64,000 nucleotides of DNA from assembly GCA_037379345.1 (NCBI GenBank), contig CM074523.1, positions 1,248,525-1,312,524 on the forward strand, written 5' to 3'. The position numbers were made by a program, and so were the translations under genes. This document shows, piece by piece, positions 1 to 12,742 of this stretch (within the stretch, counting starts at the first letter, position 1; every line of letters starts with the position of its first letter). The notes under the pieces were generated by a model that did not search any database, was not told the origin of the DNA, and saw nothing but the letters and a program-made list of their open reading frames with translations. This DNA comes from Perna viridis (lineage: Eukaryota).

Positions 1-594
1 AAACGGACTTGCAAAACGTTTTGTGCAAACTTTCAAGCAAATCATGAAAGCTATGAAGGGGGAAACTTCTGACATTTACAAGAAACTTGCAAATTTCTTG
101 CTTACCTACCGAAACTCTGTGCACAGTACCACGAATGAAACACCAGCTATTTGTGGGTCGACAGTTACGTAATCGACTGGATTTATTAAAACCTGACATT
201 AGCAGACAAGTGCACGATAAGCAGATGAAGTCAGCTATAAAACCAACGAAGGAGATAATAAAACAATTCAACGAAGGAGATTCTGTTTCTGTTCGTGGTT
301 ACAGAGGCCAGAACAAATGGACAATTGGACATATCTGTAAACGTAATGAACCATTGAACTATCAAGTAGAAACACCAATGGACATATCTGGAGACGTCAC
401 GCAGACCAGACAATCAAATGAGACTTTAAAGATCAATCGAACGAAATCAGTGACAATCTTATTGAACAGAATAAACCAGTGACACTGTTGCAAATGACAA
501 TCAAACACAAAAAGCAACACCCAACGATGAAACAGTTCCAACAAGAAGATATCCATTGAGAAATCGAAAACCAGTTGTGAAATTAGATTTATGA
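1..594 (+). mobile_element. Ty3/Gypsy LTR retrotransposon, integrase C-terminal remnant (frameshifted)
   Basis: Frame from nt 2 reads NGLAKRFVQTFK...LANFLLTYRNSVHSTTNE, then shifts to LFVGRQLRNRLDLLKP...W..G.I and ends RRYPLRNRKP. This is a typical Gypsy integrase tail. Confidence 0.85.
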
Positions 595-874
595 GATTGG
601 TTGTAGTGTCGTATGGGTAATAATAACTCTCATGTACAACCAAAAGTAGGGGTTAGATGTACATAAAGTACAGGTTAGGGAATATATTGTCTAATGCATG
701 ATTTAGTTACTTATTTTCATAGTTACAGTTTTCTTTACAATATAGACAGAAAATATTTTTAATTATCTTATTCTCAAATTTCATTCATTCAAGATTTTTA
801 CTACATGTATAAAAATAGCTGATTCTGGAGTACTCTTCTCTGACACTCGTTTGTTTAATCTAGAAGGGAGGATA

Positions 875-1132
875 TGTTATATATGACAATTAGGAAATTG
901 ATAATCAGCAGTTTACTGATAAAACTGTATACACCCATGAAGTGATGATAAACATTTCCCAGTGACATTCTATTGTTCTATTGTTTAAAAGTACCTACCG
1001 CCGTATCAGAGATTTCTTGTTATAAACCATGTAGATTGATAATGTAATTCAGTGTAGAATAAAATGCTAATCTAAATAGATGCCTTCTATACTCAATCCT
1101 GTTATGATATAAATTGTAAGGAATACATAACA
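875..1132 (+). mobile_element. 3' LTR of the Gypsy element
   Basis: Polypurine tract AGAAGGGAGGA (862-872) precedes TGTTAT; the LTR ends ATAACA (inverted termini TG..CA). TATAAA at 1021 and AATAAA at 1058. Confidence 0.75.
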
Positions 1133-1216
1133 AATACGAATGCTTGTGAATGACTAAGAACTGATTATTCGAAAGGATTCGTAAGACAGATTCGTGTATG
1201 CGAAGGGGATATTAAG
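1133..1216 (-). mobile_element. Terminal fragment of the TIR element family also at 53798-54621
   Basis: AATACGAATGCTTGTGAATGAC is the reverse complement (1 mismatch) of 53841-53862. It ends GTATGCGAAGGGGATATTA, resembling that element's TIR. Confidence 0.6.
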
Positions 1217-1519
1217 GAAGGAACCTGGTATTTTTTTTAACGAGAGTTTTTTTCTTTTCTGCAAATAAAGCTGGTGTAAGTTCTTTTCATTTGAAGATCT
1301 ACATGATAGTTAACTGAGGAAATATTGAACCGTACATTTTTTGTCAATGACTATATGTGAAATATTTTTTGCTATTTTTTTCCCAATATATTCGTGACCA
1401 ACTTTGTAGTATCACAAAATTCAAAACTTCTAAAACACAGGAGTTTCATTCCTTGTTTTGCACACTGTAAAGCTTTTTGATACTGGATTGCTTCCTTTTT
1501 CGATATATTTGGTTTAAAA

Positions 1520-1695
1520 TACGGTAATCCGTGAAGTTTTCGCGGCAGTTTTATGTTTGCTAGTAAAAATTAAACTGTCGTGAACATTCTAATACGATTC
1601 GGGGAGCGATCGCAAATTCAAAACTGCGCGACGGTAGATTGATCGCAGAAATCGCGGAAAAAAAAGACGGCGCGAACATTTCCCGGTTTATAGTA
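1520..1695. mobile_element. MITE with TA ends (Tc1/mariner-like, non-autonomous)
   Basis: TACGGTAATCCGTGAAGTTTTCGCG ... CGCGAACATTTCCCGGTTTATAGTA form imperfect TIRs. Related partial copies at ~10575-10760 and ~14560-14672. Confidence 0.6.
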
Positions 1696-3699
1696 CTACT
1701 TGTATGTATAATTTTTTTGGGATATTGATTTTCCTATGCATCCGGTCCTAATGCTGCTGATCAGATATTACTACTTCAAACACGTTTAAATAATACAAAA
1801 TTTTGAAAAGTTATACGATTGGCATTTTGTATTTTACGCTGAACCTTCCAGGAGTGGATCCATAAGTTTAAAAAAAGATAAAGAAGTAAGGTAAGGAAAT
1901 TTTTTCAAATGGATACTCTACGCTATTTATTATTCAATTATGTCAAAATTTAAAAAAGGGAGTTTCTAGCACCGTGCAACTAGGGAAGCCCGTTAGTACC
2001 ATGTGAAGCTCTTTTTTTTATCTTGTTATAACAACTAAACTAACTTGTTATATCAACTTAGCTAAGGTATATAGGGTCAAAGATTTGTTTAAATTTAGTA
2101 GAACAACTTGATTATTTTGTTAAAATGTCTTTGATTAATATGAAAACTATGGAAACGCATATGGTACACCCCTTGTAAGGATACTTTGTGGCAAATAAGT
2201 CAGAATAATAGGTTCTGTTGTGCGTTATAAGTTGGAATCAAATTATCATGTTGAAGATAGCATGTCGGAATGATGTAGAAACAAATGAATTACAATGTCG
2301 ACTTGCTAATAATAATGTAATGACATATTAGTGAGATGTCGACAGGTTTTTGCTTATATTTCAAAAATTATAAGAGAAATAGAGGAAATCTGAAGCAACC
2401 AACCTTCTTGGCTGGAAGTTGTACGATTACCCTTCATTGGCGTTATTGCCCCTTAATTCTCAAATTTGACAATTTTTGCTGTTTTTGCCTTAAATCTTGA
2501 AAACCGTATGAGCTAGAGAAAAAAGTCAGTATTACAAAAGCGATTAGCTCATCAAAATCTACTATAATGATTTCAGGGCTAAATTGTCTGATGAAGCGTT
2601 TAAGAGGTATTTCCCTTTAATTGATTTTTCAGTTGATTTTTGCTGAATTTTCTAAAAATAAATTCTCAGAAACTGCTGAACAGAATTAAATGAAACTTTG
2701 TATGATTGGTCCTCTGAATATTCACCACAAAATTGGTGTTTCAATATTTGATGCAGCAAAAAACATGGCTTTTGCTGTTTCTAAAAATAGAATAGGGGAT
2801 CACACTGCAGTTTTATGTTTATATTTCAAAAAGTATAACAGATAATTAAAATCTTTGCAACCTATCACCTTCAGCTTGAAGAGCACTACAAGAACCTTGG
2901 GTTGTACTAGTATAAGAATTACTCTGTTTTAAAAATGCTCTGCGGTATACGTTTAAAGCTAGGTTCTAAAGCGTCATTGTGTCTTTACTAACGAATAGGT
3001 GTTCGACATTATGTACATACATTGACAAGTGTAGCAAAATAAAAAACATCCACGAAATTTCTCCAAAATTAAAAGCAATGTGCAATGGTACATAATACAT
3101 TATGTATTTTCTCTGGTTTTTTTTTGCTCATGAAACAAGTCAAAATCTGCAGTTTTTCTGTTGACTAACACAATACGACGACTTTCATGCGATAGAAACA
3201 TGTCAAACTGTAAAAAAATCAGTAGCTTTATGATGACAAACAAAGGCAAAAACTGACCAAACCGAAGCTTCCATTTTTCCCCAAACCCTGGATACTAAAA
3301 GCTCGCAAGTTAAGTTTTTTCCGTAAGCAGCCATCAATAGCGATGTGCAAACTGCATAAAACTATATAAATGCTATAGAAAAATACAAATTTGCGCATAG
3401 GCGATACATACAAATCGACTTTGGCGACAAAAAATACACAAAAGTCATGTGGAAAATCTCATTTTTGCCGGATTTGCAGATCAGGATGTTGGATGTTGTA
3501 AAGTTTCAAAATGTTCGAAACTTTTCTTATTTTCATATTTTTGTACTTTTCTTTACCTTTTAAAGGTGTAACATGCAATAAACATATCTTAAAAAGAAAA
3601 AAATATGTAAACGCAGATAAGAAACATTGTAGTCTTTTTTTATTTCTTGAGGGGAATTTGTAGTTGATTTGTGTTTCGTCTTTTTTCACCAATTTTTTT

Positions 3700-4079
3700 T
3701 CTACACTCGATAACAAAGCTGTACACCAGGCCTTTCAATCATTGTATTTAATATCGTGTCAACTATAAATCAATATACAGTTGATGTCGAATATCCATAT
3801 ACAGTTCAACTGCATCATCTGTGAATCCTTTATTTAATTCATCCATATATATCATAAAAGTTCATAAAAATCTTCTTCACATGGCAATTGTCCCCGACAT
3901 GTGCATTCTTCTCTACAGGCTTCGATGTAAACAGGCTGGACGTGGTTCAAATAGCTTCTGGTACCATACAAGTGAGGAACTCCATACAAGACACTTGGTT
4001 TACCATTAGAACAGTTCTGATTTTTAGTTGGTCTGATATTGTGCGAGTTTCATTCAATAACCATTCGGTCAATATCTTT
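3700..4079 (-). pseudogene. DDE transposase, exon 2
   Basis: After a TTTCAG acceptor it reads KDIDRMVIE*NSHNIRPTKNQNCSNGKPSVLYGVPHLYGT...PCEEDFYEL, the WNxHxIR-type C-terminal part of this family. 3' limit approximate. Confidence 0.65.
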
Positions 4080-4629
4080 CTGAAACAAGATTACAATGTG
4101 ATAAAAATATAATTATTGTCTATTGTCAAATTGTACACTTGCCCTTTACATATAACTGTAGGTTTTAATGATTTTTTTCTGATTTTGAGTTATATAAAAA
4201 TCAGATTTAAGAAAAAACGCACCTCAATGCTTTAGCAGGTTTACACAAAAAAATTCGTCTTTAAAGTTATTTAAAGGTGAAAGAGGGGGTTTCTAATGCT
4301 TTTAGGCTATTTGAACTGAATGTTGCGTTTTGATACCGTCCAATTGTGTGAAATCATTTCAATTGTAATGCGTGAAAATGGTACTCAGTAACTGTTGCAA
4401 TGTGTCGAGGTATCGAGGAACGGAATGTCAACATCAAACATTGTTGGTAACCACAACGCATGCTTAAGCTTTTTAAAGATAAGCAAATCCAAACATGAGG
4501 AGGAACTATCATACGCACATGTCTGTTCAATAGATGAAAAGGATAAGATGTACGAAATAACTTTTAGAACTCTTGACAATAGCTTAGTATAGGGTGAAAT
4601 CCGTTTAATAACAGTAAATTTCTAGTTAC

Positions 4630-5407
4630 CTGAACCAAACGAAGAAAACAGAACTGCATCAGATTTTTGTCGACATGGTTCCCACTAAACTGCCCATTAT
4701 CGAGAAGGGTTGAAATAACATCTATCCAGAACTGTGAGCATTGCCTTCAGAAAAACTCCATAGCATTTCAATGCGCTGATTTCCCATACTTTTACCATAT
4801 ATAAAACTCTCTTCGCGATTGGTTAGAAATTCTTGCATTTGTGCATTATGTCCGTTTTCAGTGCCATATCTCTTTTGCTTACTGATTCAATGAAGTACCC
4901 TGTAACTACTTTGGGGTCACTGCTGGTTTGATTTGCACATAGCCATATTTTGTTTCTGGAAAACCCGTCAATACATCCATTTATGCAGATACCAAATTTC
5001 GTAAGCTTATCGTATGAGTCTACATGCCACAAACAGTCTGGACCAGATGCAAAGTACTTCCGTCTACGGGGGCGACGTTTTAATCGAAACTCGATGTCCT
5101 TTTTGTCCAAAATTTGCATTAAAATACTCACAGCCTCCCTTGAGACACATATTCCATTGTGAATACATCTTAAATGCATTTCACGATATCCTAGTTGACT
5201 ACCACCATCTAGTTGTTCTTGGATAAATTCAGCTACTTCGAGAATATCATTTCGAAATTTGCGTCTGAATAAGCCCTCTTTTCTGAATATTCTCTTCAAT
5301 GTTGTCATACTTATAGTAATATGATGATGTTGTGCTCAAAACTCTAATATTTCAGAATGTCTAAATCCAAGGTAAAAATAAAAGCGGCATATCCTTTCTC
5401 GGTCCAT
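4630..5407 (-). pseudogene. DDE (integrase-core) transposase, exon 1
   Basis: ATG at 5407; MDRERICRFYFYLGFRHSEILEF*AQHH...WHVDSYDKLTKFGICINGCIDGFSRNKIWL...NQRIEMLWSF...FCFLRLVQ, then GT donor at 4629. Contains an in-frame stop and frameshifts. Confidence 0.75.
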
Positions 5408-5729
5408 TTTTAATGCAATTGTTTTGGGATGTGGCCGTTTAAATCGTTTATATACATGTACTAAGTTGATATAACAAGATAGCTAAGTTGATATAACGAG
5501 TTAGCTAAGTTGATAAATATTAATAGACACCCCACTGGAACACTGAGGTCATTTTGTTTAGGTCATTTGTTTCTTTTCCTACGTTGAGGCCCGTAAATGG
5601 TATCGGATCGTGAGACATGAAAATGTTAATGAGTTTTGGTAGAGCATAATATCTCTACAGCTACAAATATGTCTGGTCCTGATTAAAAATAGTACAACAA
5701 CGTGCACTTCGTTGACTCTTTGTTTTGAA

Positions 5730-6900
5730 AGAGTGATCAAGGAAAACAAGATTATAGCGGAAATCAAAAGAATGTCATCCAGGGACAAATATCCAAAATA
5801 ATACATACAAAGTAACAAAAGTAAATGAGCAACTCGGATTCCACTTAAACTGGGAGCATGGACCAGGTGCAGCGGTGGGATAAGCTTCCTCTGCTTTTCT
5901 AGGAACACCCACCGAGTTGCTTGTAAAAAGTCAAGTCCAGGGTAGACGAAAGAAGAAAGGAAAATTAGGACACGTTGAACAGATCAGTTTCTTGGTGCAG
6001 ATGGATATACCGTAACGATTCAAGAGTTCATGATGACGACCATAAAACTTCTGTAGTGATGACTTCAATCTTGTAGGAACATAACCCTGTTCCAGAAACC
6101 TAATTGCAAGAATCCAGCGCAGTACAAAAAGTATGCGTAATTACGGCAAGCTTTGGCATAACGTATGAATTGTGATATGAAAACTTCATATTCAGGTGGT
6201 GCAGGGATGTTGGCACAGATGAAAAGAAAGTTCACAATACGGAATGAAAAATCATCACGTTTGTCGTATAGTTTGATCAAAGTTTTCCTTTACCATCTAC
6301 CTCTAAGTGTAAGTCAAGATATGAGGCTGATCGACCTCACAGTGTCTGTAGTATCCTTATCTCAAGTTCTTTGGGTAGATACGATGAATAAAATCCCCAA
6401 AATAAGGGTTGTTTAACGAATACGTCATACGTTATTTGTGTAGCGGAAACTGAGATCAAAGGATTTAGCTAAACGATGTTCCTTCCTGTCGATCAAAGTC
6501 AGCCTCATAATAGTGGAAGAAAAGGTCAGCGAGTAGAGGGGCACATTTTGTTCCAATTGGAATGCTGACCGTTTGTTGAACGACACGTCCACCACACTGG
6601 ACAAATATGTTGTCGATAAGAAATTCCAGCATTTTGAAAATATTTTATTTGGTATATTTTGAAGATGATTTGGAATCGTTTTTTTTTACAAAGTATGTGA
6701 TATCTCTACCAAAACCTACATATTTGTATCTAGGTGTACCGTCTTTTTTTTGAGTAACAACGATGTATAATATTTTAGTCTGGATTTTAACTCACTATGG
6801 GGAATAGAAGTATAAAGCGTTGAAAGATCATAGGTTTTAATGCTATTGTATTCTGATAATAATCTTGAATTGAAACAAATAAAATCGTTTGAAATGTTAA
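5730..6900 (-). mobile_element. Penelope-like retroelement, RT remnant plus 3' end
   Basis: RT motifs YDLSTLYTSIPH, LEFLIDNIFV..GG....Q..IPIGTKCAPLLADL, FRY, KLYDKRDDFSFRIVNF..NIP..P.Y.VFISQFIRYA, followed by the family 3' end. Confidence 0.8.
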
Positions 6901-7693
6901 ATGAATCTTTTAGAAAACAATTGTGAATTTGCAAAAATCAAAATGAGATAATCCTTACGCGCTGGGTGAACAAACTAATGTTAAGGACAGATGTCTTTAA
7001 AAACGATAGTATGTAAATGTGTAGGTCTAATAAGGTTTAAAGACAATATATGCCAGAATTCCTACGGTATTAGCGCTAGTTTAGTTTTGCACTCTTTTGT
7101 GTTCTGCATCATTAGATGAAGCCTTATATTATCATCAAATGGACTCGAGAATAATCTGCTACAATGTTCAAAATTTTCTATGTTAATGTGTATGTGAACG
7201 TCATTGTTTTTCATCGTGGCATTTGCACAAAGACCTTGTTTTACATAGAAACTTTATGATACATTTTCATTAAATCCTGTTGGACGTGTGTTTATTGATA
7301 TTTTGTTTTAGTAAACAAGGTGTGCCTATCAGTTGCTTTTGAATTTGGAACTAGGTTACAGAAAAAACGAGTCATCTTTCAGCTTGTTAAAGTGTTTGTA
7401 TTCTGTATCGAGAGTCAAGAGTTAAATCCGAATTCAAAAGATTTTTATAGTACGTTGTACTGTTGTATTTGTCCATCGCTGTCAAAGGTATGGGGAGGGT
7501 CGATCGCTCACAAACATGAATAGTTGCATTTCATTTATTTCGGCGCATTTTACAACTTGCGTTATGGTACGGGTGTTGCCGAGCATTGAAGACCGTGTGG
7601 TGACCTGTAGTTTTCTTGTTCGTTGGTTGGCTTTTTTCTTAGCTTCGTTCCTTTGCAAAAATACACATATTTCACATTGAAATTGCGATACTG

Positions 7694-7821
7694 GCGTCGG
7701 TTTCACAAAAGGTCGTAAGTGTGAAATTGATTGTAAATCATGACGTCACAATGCTGTTTTAGTTTATGACGTCATTACTTACGATCAACTTTACACTTAC
7801 GACTTTTTGTGAAATCGAGAC
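7694..7821. mobile_element. 128-bp PIF/Harbinger-type MITE
   Basis: Near-palindromic, with long TIRs GCGTCGGTTTCACAAAAGGTCGTAAG; flanks CTG/CTA. Same length and family as 20580-20707. Confidence 0.75.
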
Positions 7822-8029
7822 CTAATTACATATTCTAGTATGCATTAAATAAGGAATACTTTCCGTAAGTATGCACATAAACCGATATTACATAAAGTAA
7901 AAATTTAGAATAAAAAGCTAACCATATCTCTAAAGACAACGTCTCCTGACGGTCAGAACGGCGGTTTGAAATTTTACACATTCAGGTTCCACAATTAATT
8001 TCATTTCCTCTGGCCGAAGTACACGAAGC

Positions 8030-8420
8030 TTTTGTACCGTGCTAGACCTCATTCAATTTAGCTTCTGGAACAGGATTGTTTTGTTACAGATTAAAATTAT
8101 TACTACAGATGTATTTTGGTCATCATCTTGAACTCGTGGATTATTTGCTCTTTGAGAACCAATTTGTTCACCATGTCATAATTTTCATTTTCTCGTTCGT
8201 ATACCCCGGACTCTTTATTAGCAATTGGTTGGGTGTTACAGGACGCTTACCCTGACGGTGCACCTGGTCCATGCTACCAGCTTTCAGTGGAGTCTGGTTG
8301 TTCATTTGTCTCTGTTTTTTTTTTTGTAATTTCATGTCCTTGTTTGAGTGTATCTTTTTCCTTTGTTTTTTCTTGTTGATAGTCCCTGGAATATATGATC
8401 TTTTTATTACTGTTCCAAAC
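8030..8420 (+). mobile_element. Diverged Penelope-like 3' fragment
   Basis: FLYRAR..LLEQ..RLKLLLQ remnant, then GGACGCTTACCCTGACGGTGCACCTGGTCCATGCT. Confidence 0.6.
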
Positions 8421-11399
8421 CTGTTTGACATGATTCCCCTTGTATAAAGTTTGTAGTATATGTCTAACAAGGATTGTTTTAACTTGACTTAATAAGATTG
8501 TAGAATATATCCGGCGTTTGGTTTATTAGGTTAAAAATAAATTTAAATGGATACTAGACCAACCTATGCATTAAACCATTATTGTCTGGTTCAGACAGGC
8601 ATTCGGTTTAATGGTCAGAATCAGACAGGTGTTCGGTTTAATTGTATGGTTCAGGCAGGTGTTCGGTTTATTGGTTTCGTTGTAGTTTTTCGTGTATATA
8701 TATTTGTTCGTTTTAAGGTCATTTGCTGCTCATTCGTGAACAATTTTGGTCACATTTTTCGACTCTACTGATTTTTTTCCAATCTACGGTATTGATATTT
8801 TTTTTGCCCAGTGACCCCCACTTTTCTTTTCTTCAAAATCAAGAGAAATCCGTTTCGCGCCAAAATGCTTATATCTCAACAACAAGCACACTGACCCATT
8901 AATTTCTTCTGCTTACATACTGGTGCGAAAGATCTTAAAATATTTCGCAACTATTTGAAATCCTTGTTATTTATAAACAAATCATGTGGTTTTGGTGTAA
9001 CATTGATGTCTAATTGTTTGTATACTGAATTACCCTGAAATGTGCACACAATGGGTTCTTAACATTCTGACGGTTTCTTTTAAAGTTTAAAAAAAATGTA
9101 AAAAATTAACCAACTTCGGTGCAAAGTTCACCGTGTCTCATTTCCATTCACAAATATTGTATATCACTGAGGGTTAAAATTTATGAAATTTTATGTGTAA
9201 TTCTGAGTTTCCTTTTAACGCCAGACTCAAAATCAATAAGTAACCATCATAGTAGCCAAGGAGACCACTATAGAATTTTGACGTACTTAGAAATGCCACG
9301 CCTCTTAAACCAAATAAGGAGCAAAACAATAGTCACGTGTACTCTCGAATGGCCTGTCGCTTCAGTTACTATTGTCCACTATTATAAATGTATTGATAGA
9401 TGCTCACGTGTAAATTATATAAAAACTCTTCTCAGTTTTCCGGTTATGTTTTACTTCCGATTCTACATTATCATAAATACATATTGGGTCTATGAAATAT
9501 TCTATCGATTCCATGCTCATATAACAAAATATATGGAAATTTGTTCGCGCTGTAAGGATTTTACTTTCAGTTAATTACAATGTACCTGGTGAAACATTTA
9601 CTGAGAAGGCGCACGCTTACTTCCAAGAGTTGTTTTTAACTAAATAGTGTTCTTATGGCCAATCCGTTCATGGAAATTGTACTTATAATACAATACTTGA
9701 AATATTTTATGTCAAGAAAAACCTGAATGTGGCCTGAACGTGAAAACAGGAAATAAAGATGATGTTCATACACGGACCGAATAAAATAGAATACTTATAA
9801 AAACTGAAGATGAGAGAAAAGACGTCAAACAGAGTGAAAAAAAAACCACACAAAAATAAAAAAAAAAAACAAAAACAAAAGCACTAGTACTATGAACTCC
9901 GACAAAAAAAAATCGGGGATGACATCAGGTGCTCTGGAAAGGTATATATAACATTTAACGTTGTAATAAGGCAAACAATTGAGCGAAACAGTAAACCAGT
10001 TATGTAAACTTAAAAAAGCGAGATGAAGCCATTATACCAATTATAAAAAAGAGATAGTCAAAACAAAGCTAAAAAAAATGAAAACGAGTCAAGGCAATTA
10101 TGTCGATCAAAAGTTTAATAGAGCTTATGTTTATCATAATGTATTTCGTTCCGACTCTAAATGAAACTTATTTTTTATATTGATTAATTTATTTATTGAG
10201 CATTATGCTATTATATAAAGAAGACTCCAGTGAATTCTGTGTCAACATAACACCGATATACCTGACTAAAATATTTGTAGCAGTTAACATGTAATTTGAA
10301 CTTCTCATAAATTTCAATTCACATGAACTTTTCCCTGTGTATTATGATTTACATGTAAGGATTCATTTTTAGGTTATGCGTCTATTCATTGATTATGTAG
10401 GTTATACTTACAGATGAAGAAAAGACGTCAATCCACTTAATACATCAGGAACTTTCGTGAGTTTGTTGTTGTTCAATAATCTAAAAGTTCAATTAAGAAC
10501 TGAACGTTAACAGGTTGTTCCGAACGGTACATTATACCCGAGGCAGATGAAGCCAAGAACTCCGGAGGTTTAAGTTACTGTTAACGTTTTAATTTTGGCA
10601 GTGTACTAATTTTCGCCAATTTTGCGGTGGACAGATAACCGCGGAAACAAGTACCCACCAAATTTATTTTTAACACAATGAAACGGTAGTCGTACTTTGA
10701 AACCGCGAAAAATAATACCGGCGAATACGTTTACTTGACAGAATCCGCTAAAAATTAGCAAAATTATTCGATTGGAATACTATTTATGTTAAAACGCAGC
10801 ACACTTTGTTTTTCAATGTTTCTTAATATGTTTTGCAACAAGTGTATGGTTAGTGTTACTATAGTAACTATTATTATATATTTTACTAGAAATAAAATTC
10901 GCCAAATAGCGTTGTTGTAAGATTTTAAGTTTAAATTGATACATTTTATTCTATCTTACGTGTACGCCTTCACAATGATATTCATTAATCAACCTTATCT
11001 ACTTGTCAATACAATTTTGCTAAATTATACTTCCAACTTGTAATGTGTGGGTATATATTGATAGGTGTGTCCGTACATCCTCCCGACCGTACTTTTCCCC
11101 TCCCTCCCTTCCGTTAAGCATTGGAGACTCTGCTCTTATCCATTACTCCTGCAAAACCACTGAATGGAATTGAATGGAACATTCACAGACACAGAATCTT
11201 CGCATGTTCCATTTGTGCACTTTTAATTTTAGATTTTGATCCAAATCAATCTGGGGTTTCATATATCAAAGTATAGACTTTGTTCTATATGAATATGGCG
11301 ACTTTGGGGGTGGGGTGGGGGCGGGCATTTTTTATCCGTTTTTTCTCCTACACCACCAAATGGAATCTAATGTAACTTAGACATAATGTTTATGACATG

Positions 11400-11668
11400 A
11401 GGACGCTTACCCTACCGGTGCACCTGGTTCATGCTCCCAGTCCGAGTTGCTCATTTGCTTTTGTTACTTTGTATGTATGATTTTAGTTACTTTATGTTCT
11501 TTGTTGTGTATGTCCGTTTTCCATGTCTGGTCTTTGTCCCTGGATTGCATTCTTTTTGATTGCCGCTATAACCTTGGTTCCCTTGATTATTTTTCCATGT
11601 TTGGTCTTTGTCCATGGATTACATTCTTTTGATTACCACTAGTACCATGGTTCCCTTGATTACTCTTC
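11400..11668 (+). mobile_element. Penelope-like 3' end with a duplicated tail
   Basis: GGACGCTTACCCTACCGGTGCACCTGG...GGTTCCCTTGATTA; the last ~78 bp occur twice. Confidence 0.75.
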
Positions 11669-11689
11669 CAAATTTTAAGACACGTCTCT

Positions 11690-12330
11690 GAGTCATCCAG
11701 ATTAACAAACAAACCCCCGAATTATTCCTCCAAATAACCAAATACTTCAGAATCATCACCCTAAATTAACAAAAACACCATTGAGTCATTCCTCCGAATT
11801 AGCAAACTTACATTCGAGTAATCCCCTCACATTAACAAACACACTTCCGAGTCATCCTCCAGATTAATAAACACACCTCCGAGTGATCTTCCAGATTAAC
11901 AAACATGCCTTCGATTCATTCATCCAAATTAACAAACATCCGAGACATTCCTCCAGATTAACGAACAAACATTCGAGACATTCCTCCAGATTAACGAACA
12001 CACCCCAAGTCATTCTTTAAAAATTTACAAGCACATCTCAGATTTTTTTCTTCCAAATTAACAAGCACACCTCCAAGTAATTCCTCTAAATTAACAAACA
12101 CACCTCCAAGTCATTCCTCCAGATTAACAAACACACCTCCAAGTCATCCTTCCAGATAATCAAACACACCTCCAGGTCATTCCTCCAGATTAACAGGTAC
12201 ACTTTCAAATCATATCTCCAGATTAACCATAAACGCACATTCTCGTCATTTTTGTAGACTTACTTATTGACACCGTCGTCATTCCTTTAGATTAACTATC
12301 GCACCTCTGTGTCATTCCTTCTGTTAAATT
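11690..12330. repeat. Minisatellite, ~32-33 bp unit (CCAGATTAACAAACACACCTCCAAGTCATTCCT)
   Basis: Visible tandem copies that degenerate toward both edges. Confidence 0.9.
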
Positions 12331-12600
12331 AGTACATCTCCACATAATTCCTCACATCTCTCAAATTCACTCCCCAAAATTCACTAACAGCATCTCCACG
12401 TCTTACCTCCAGACTTCTGAACTTGCTTCAGTGTAGATCAAACTTACTTTTGCGTTGTTTGTCACACTTTTGCTCGATCATCGTACTTTGGTTTCTTAAT
12501 CGGCTTATTGAATCTTGCACAGCCAAATTTGCCACACATGATATTCATATGGTGCTAGATTCATATGATTGCCATATGATAATTTACATAATTTACATTT

Positions 12601-12742
12601 CCGAGTTGCTCATTTGATTTACGTGTATGATTTTGGTTGCTTTGTGTTCTTTGTTGTGTGTGTCTGTTTTCCATGTCTGTTTTTTGTCCCTGGATAGCAT
12701 TCTATTGATTACCGCTAGAACCTTGGTTCCCTTGATTACTCT
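12601..12742 (+). mobile_element. Penelope-like 3' fragment
   Basis: CCGAGTTGCTCATTT...CTTGGTTCCCTTGATTACTCT, inserted in a CATATGA-rich repeat. Confidence 0.75.

Larger units (their letters stand above)
1981..5515 (-). mobile_element. IS3EU-like DNA transposon (degenerate)
   Basis: Inverted subterminal arrays (CTTGTTATATCAACTTAGCTA at 2021-2065; TAGCTAAGTTGATATAAC at 5461-5515) flank a DDE integrase-core pseudogene. The left end begins TAGGGAAGCC; the right terminus appears lost. Confidence 0.55.

Noticed and set aside
9119-9574. 151-aa ORF
   Set aside because: Non-ATG start, composition typical of random AT-rich sequence, no motifs or clear splice context.
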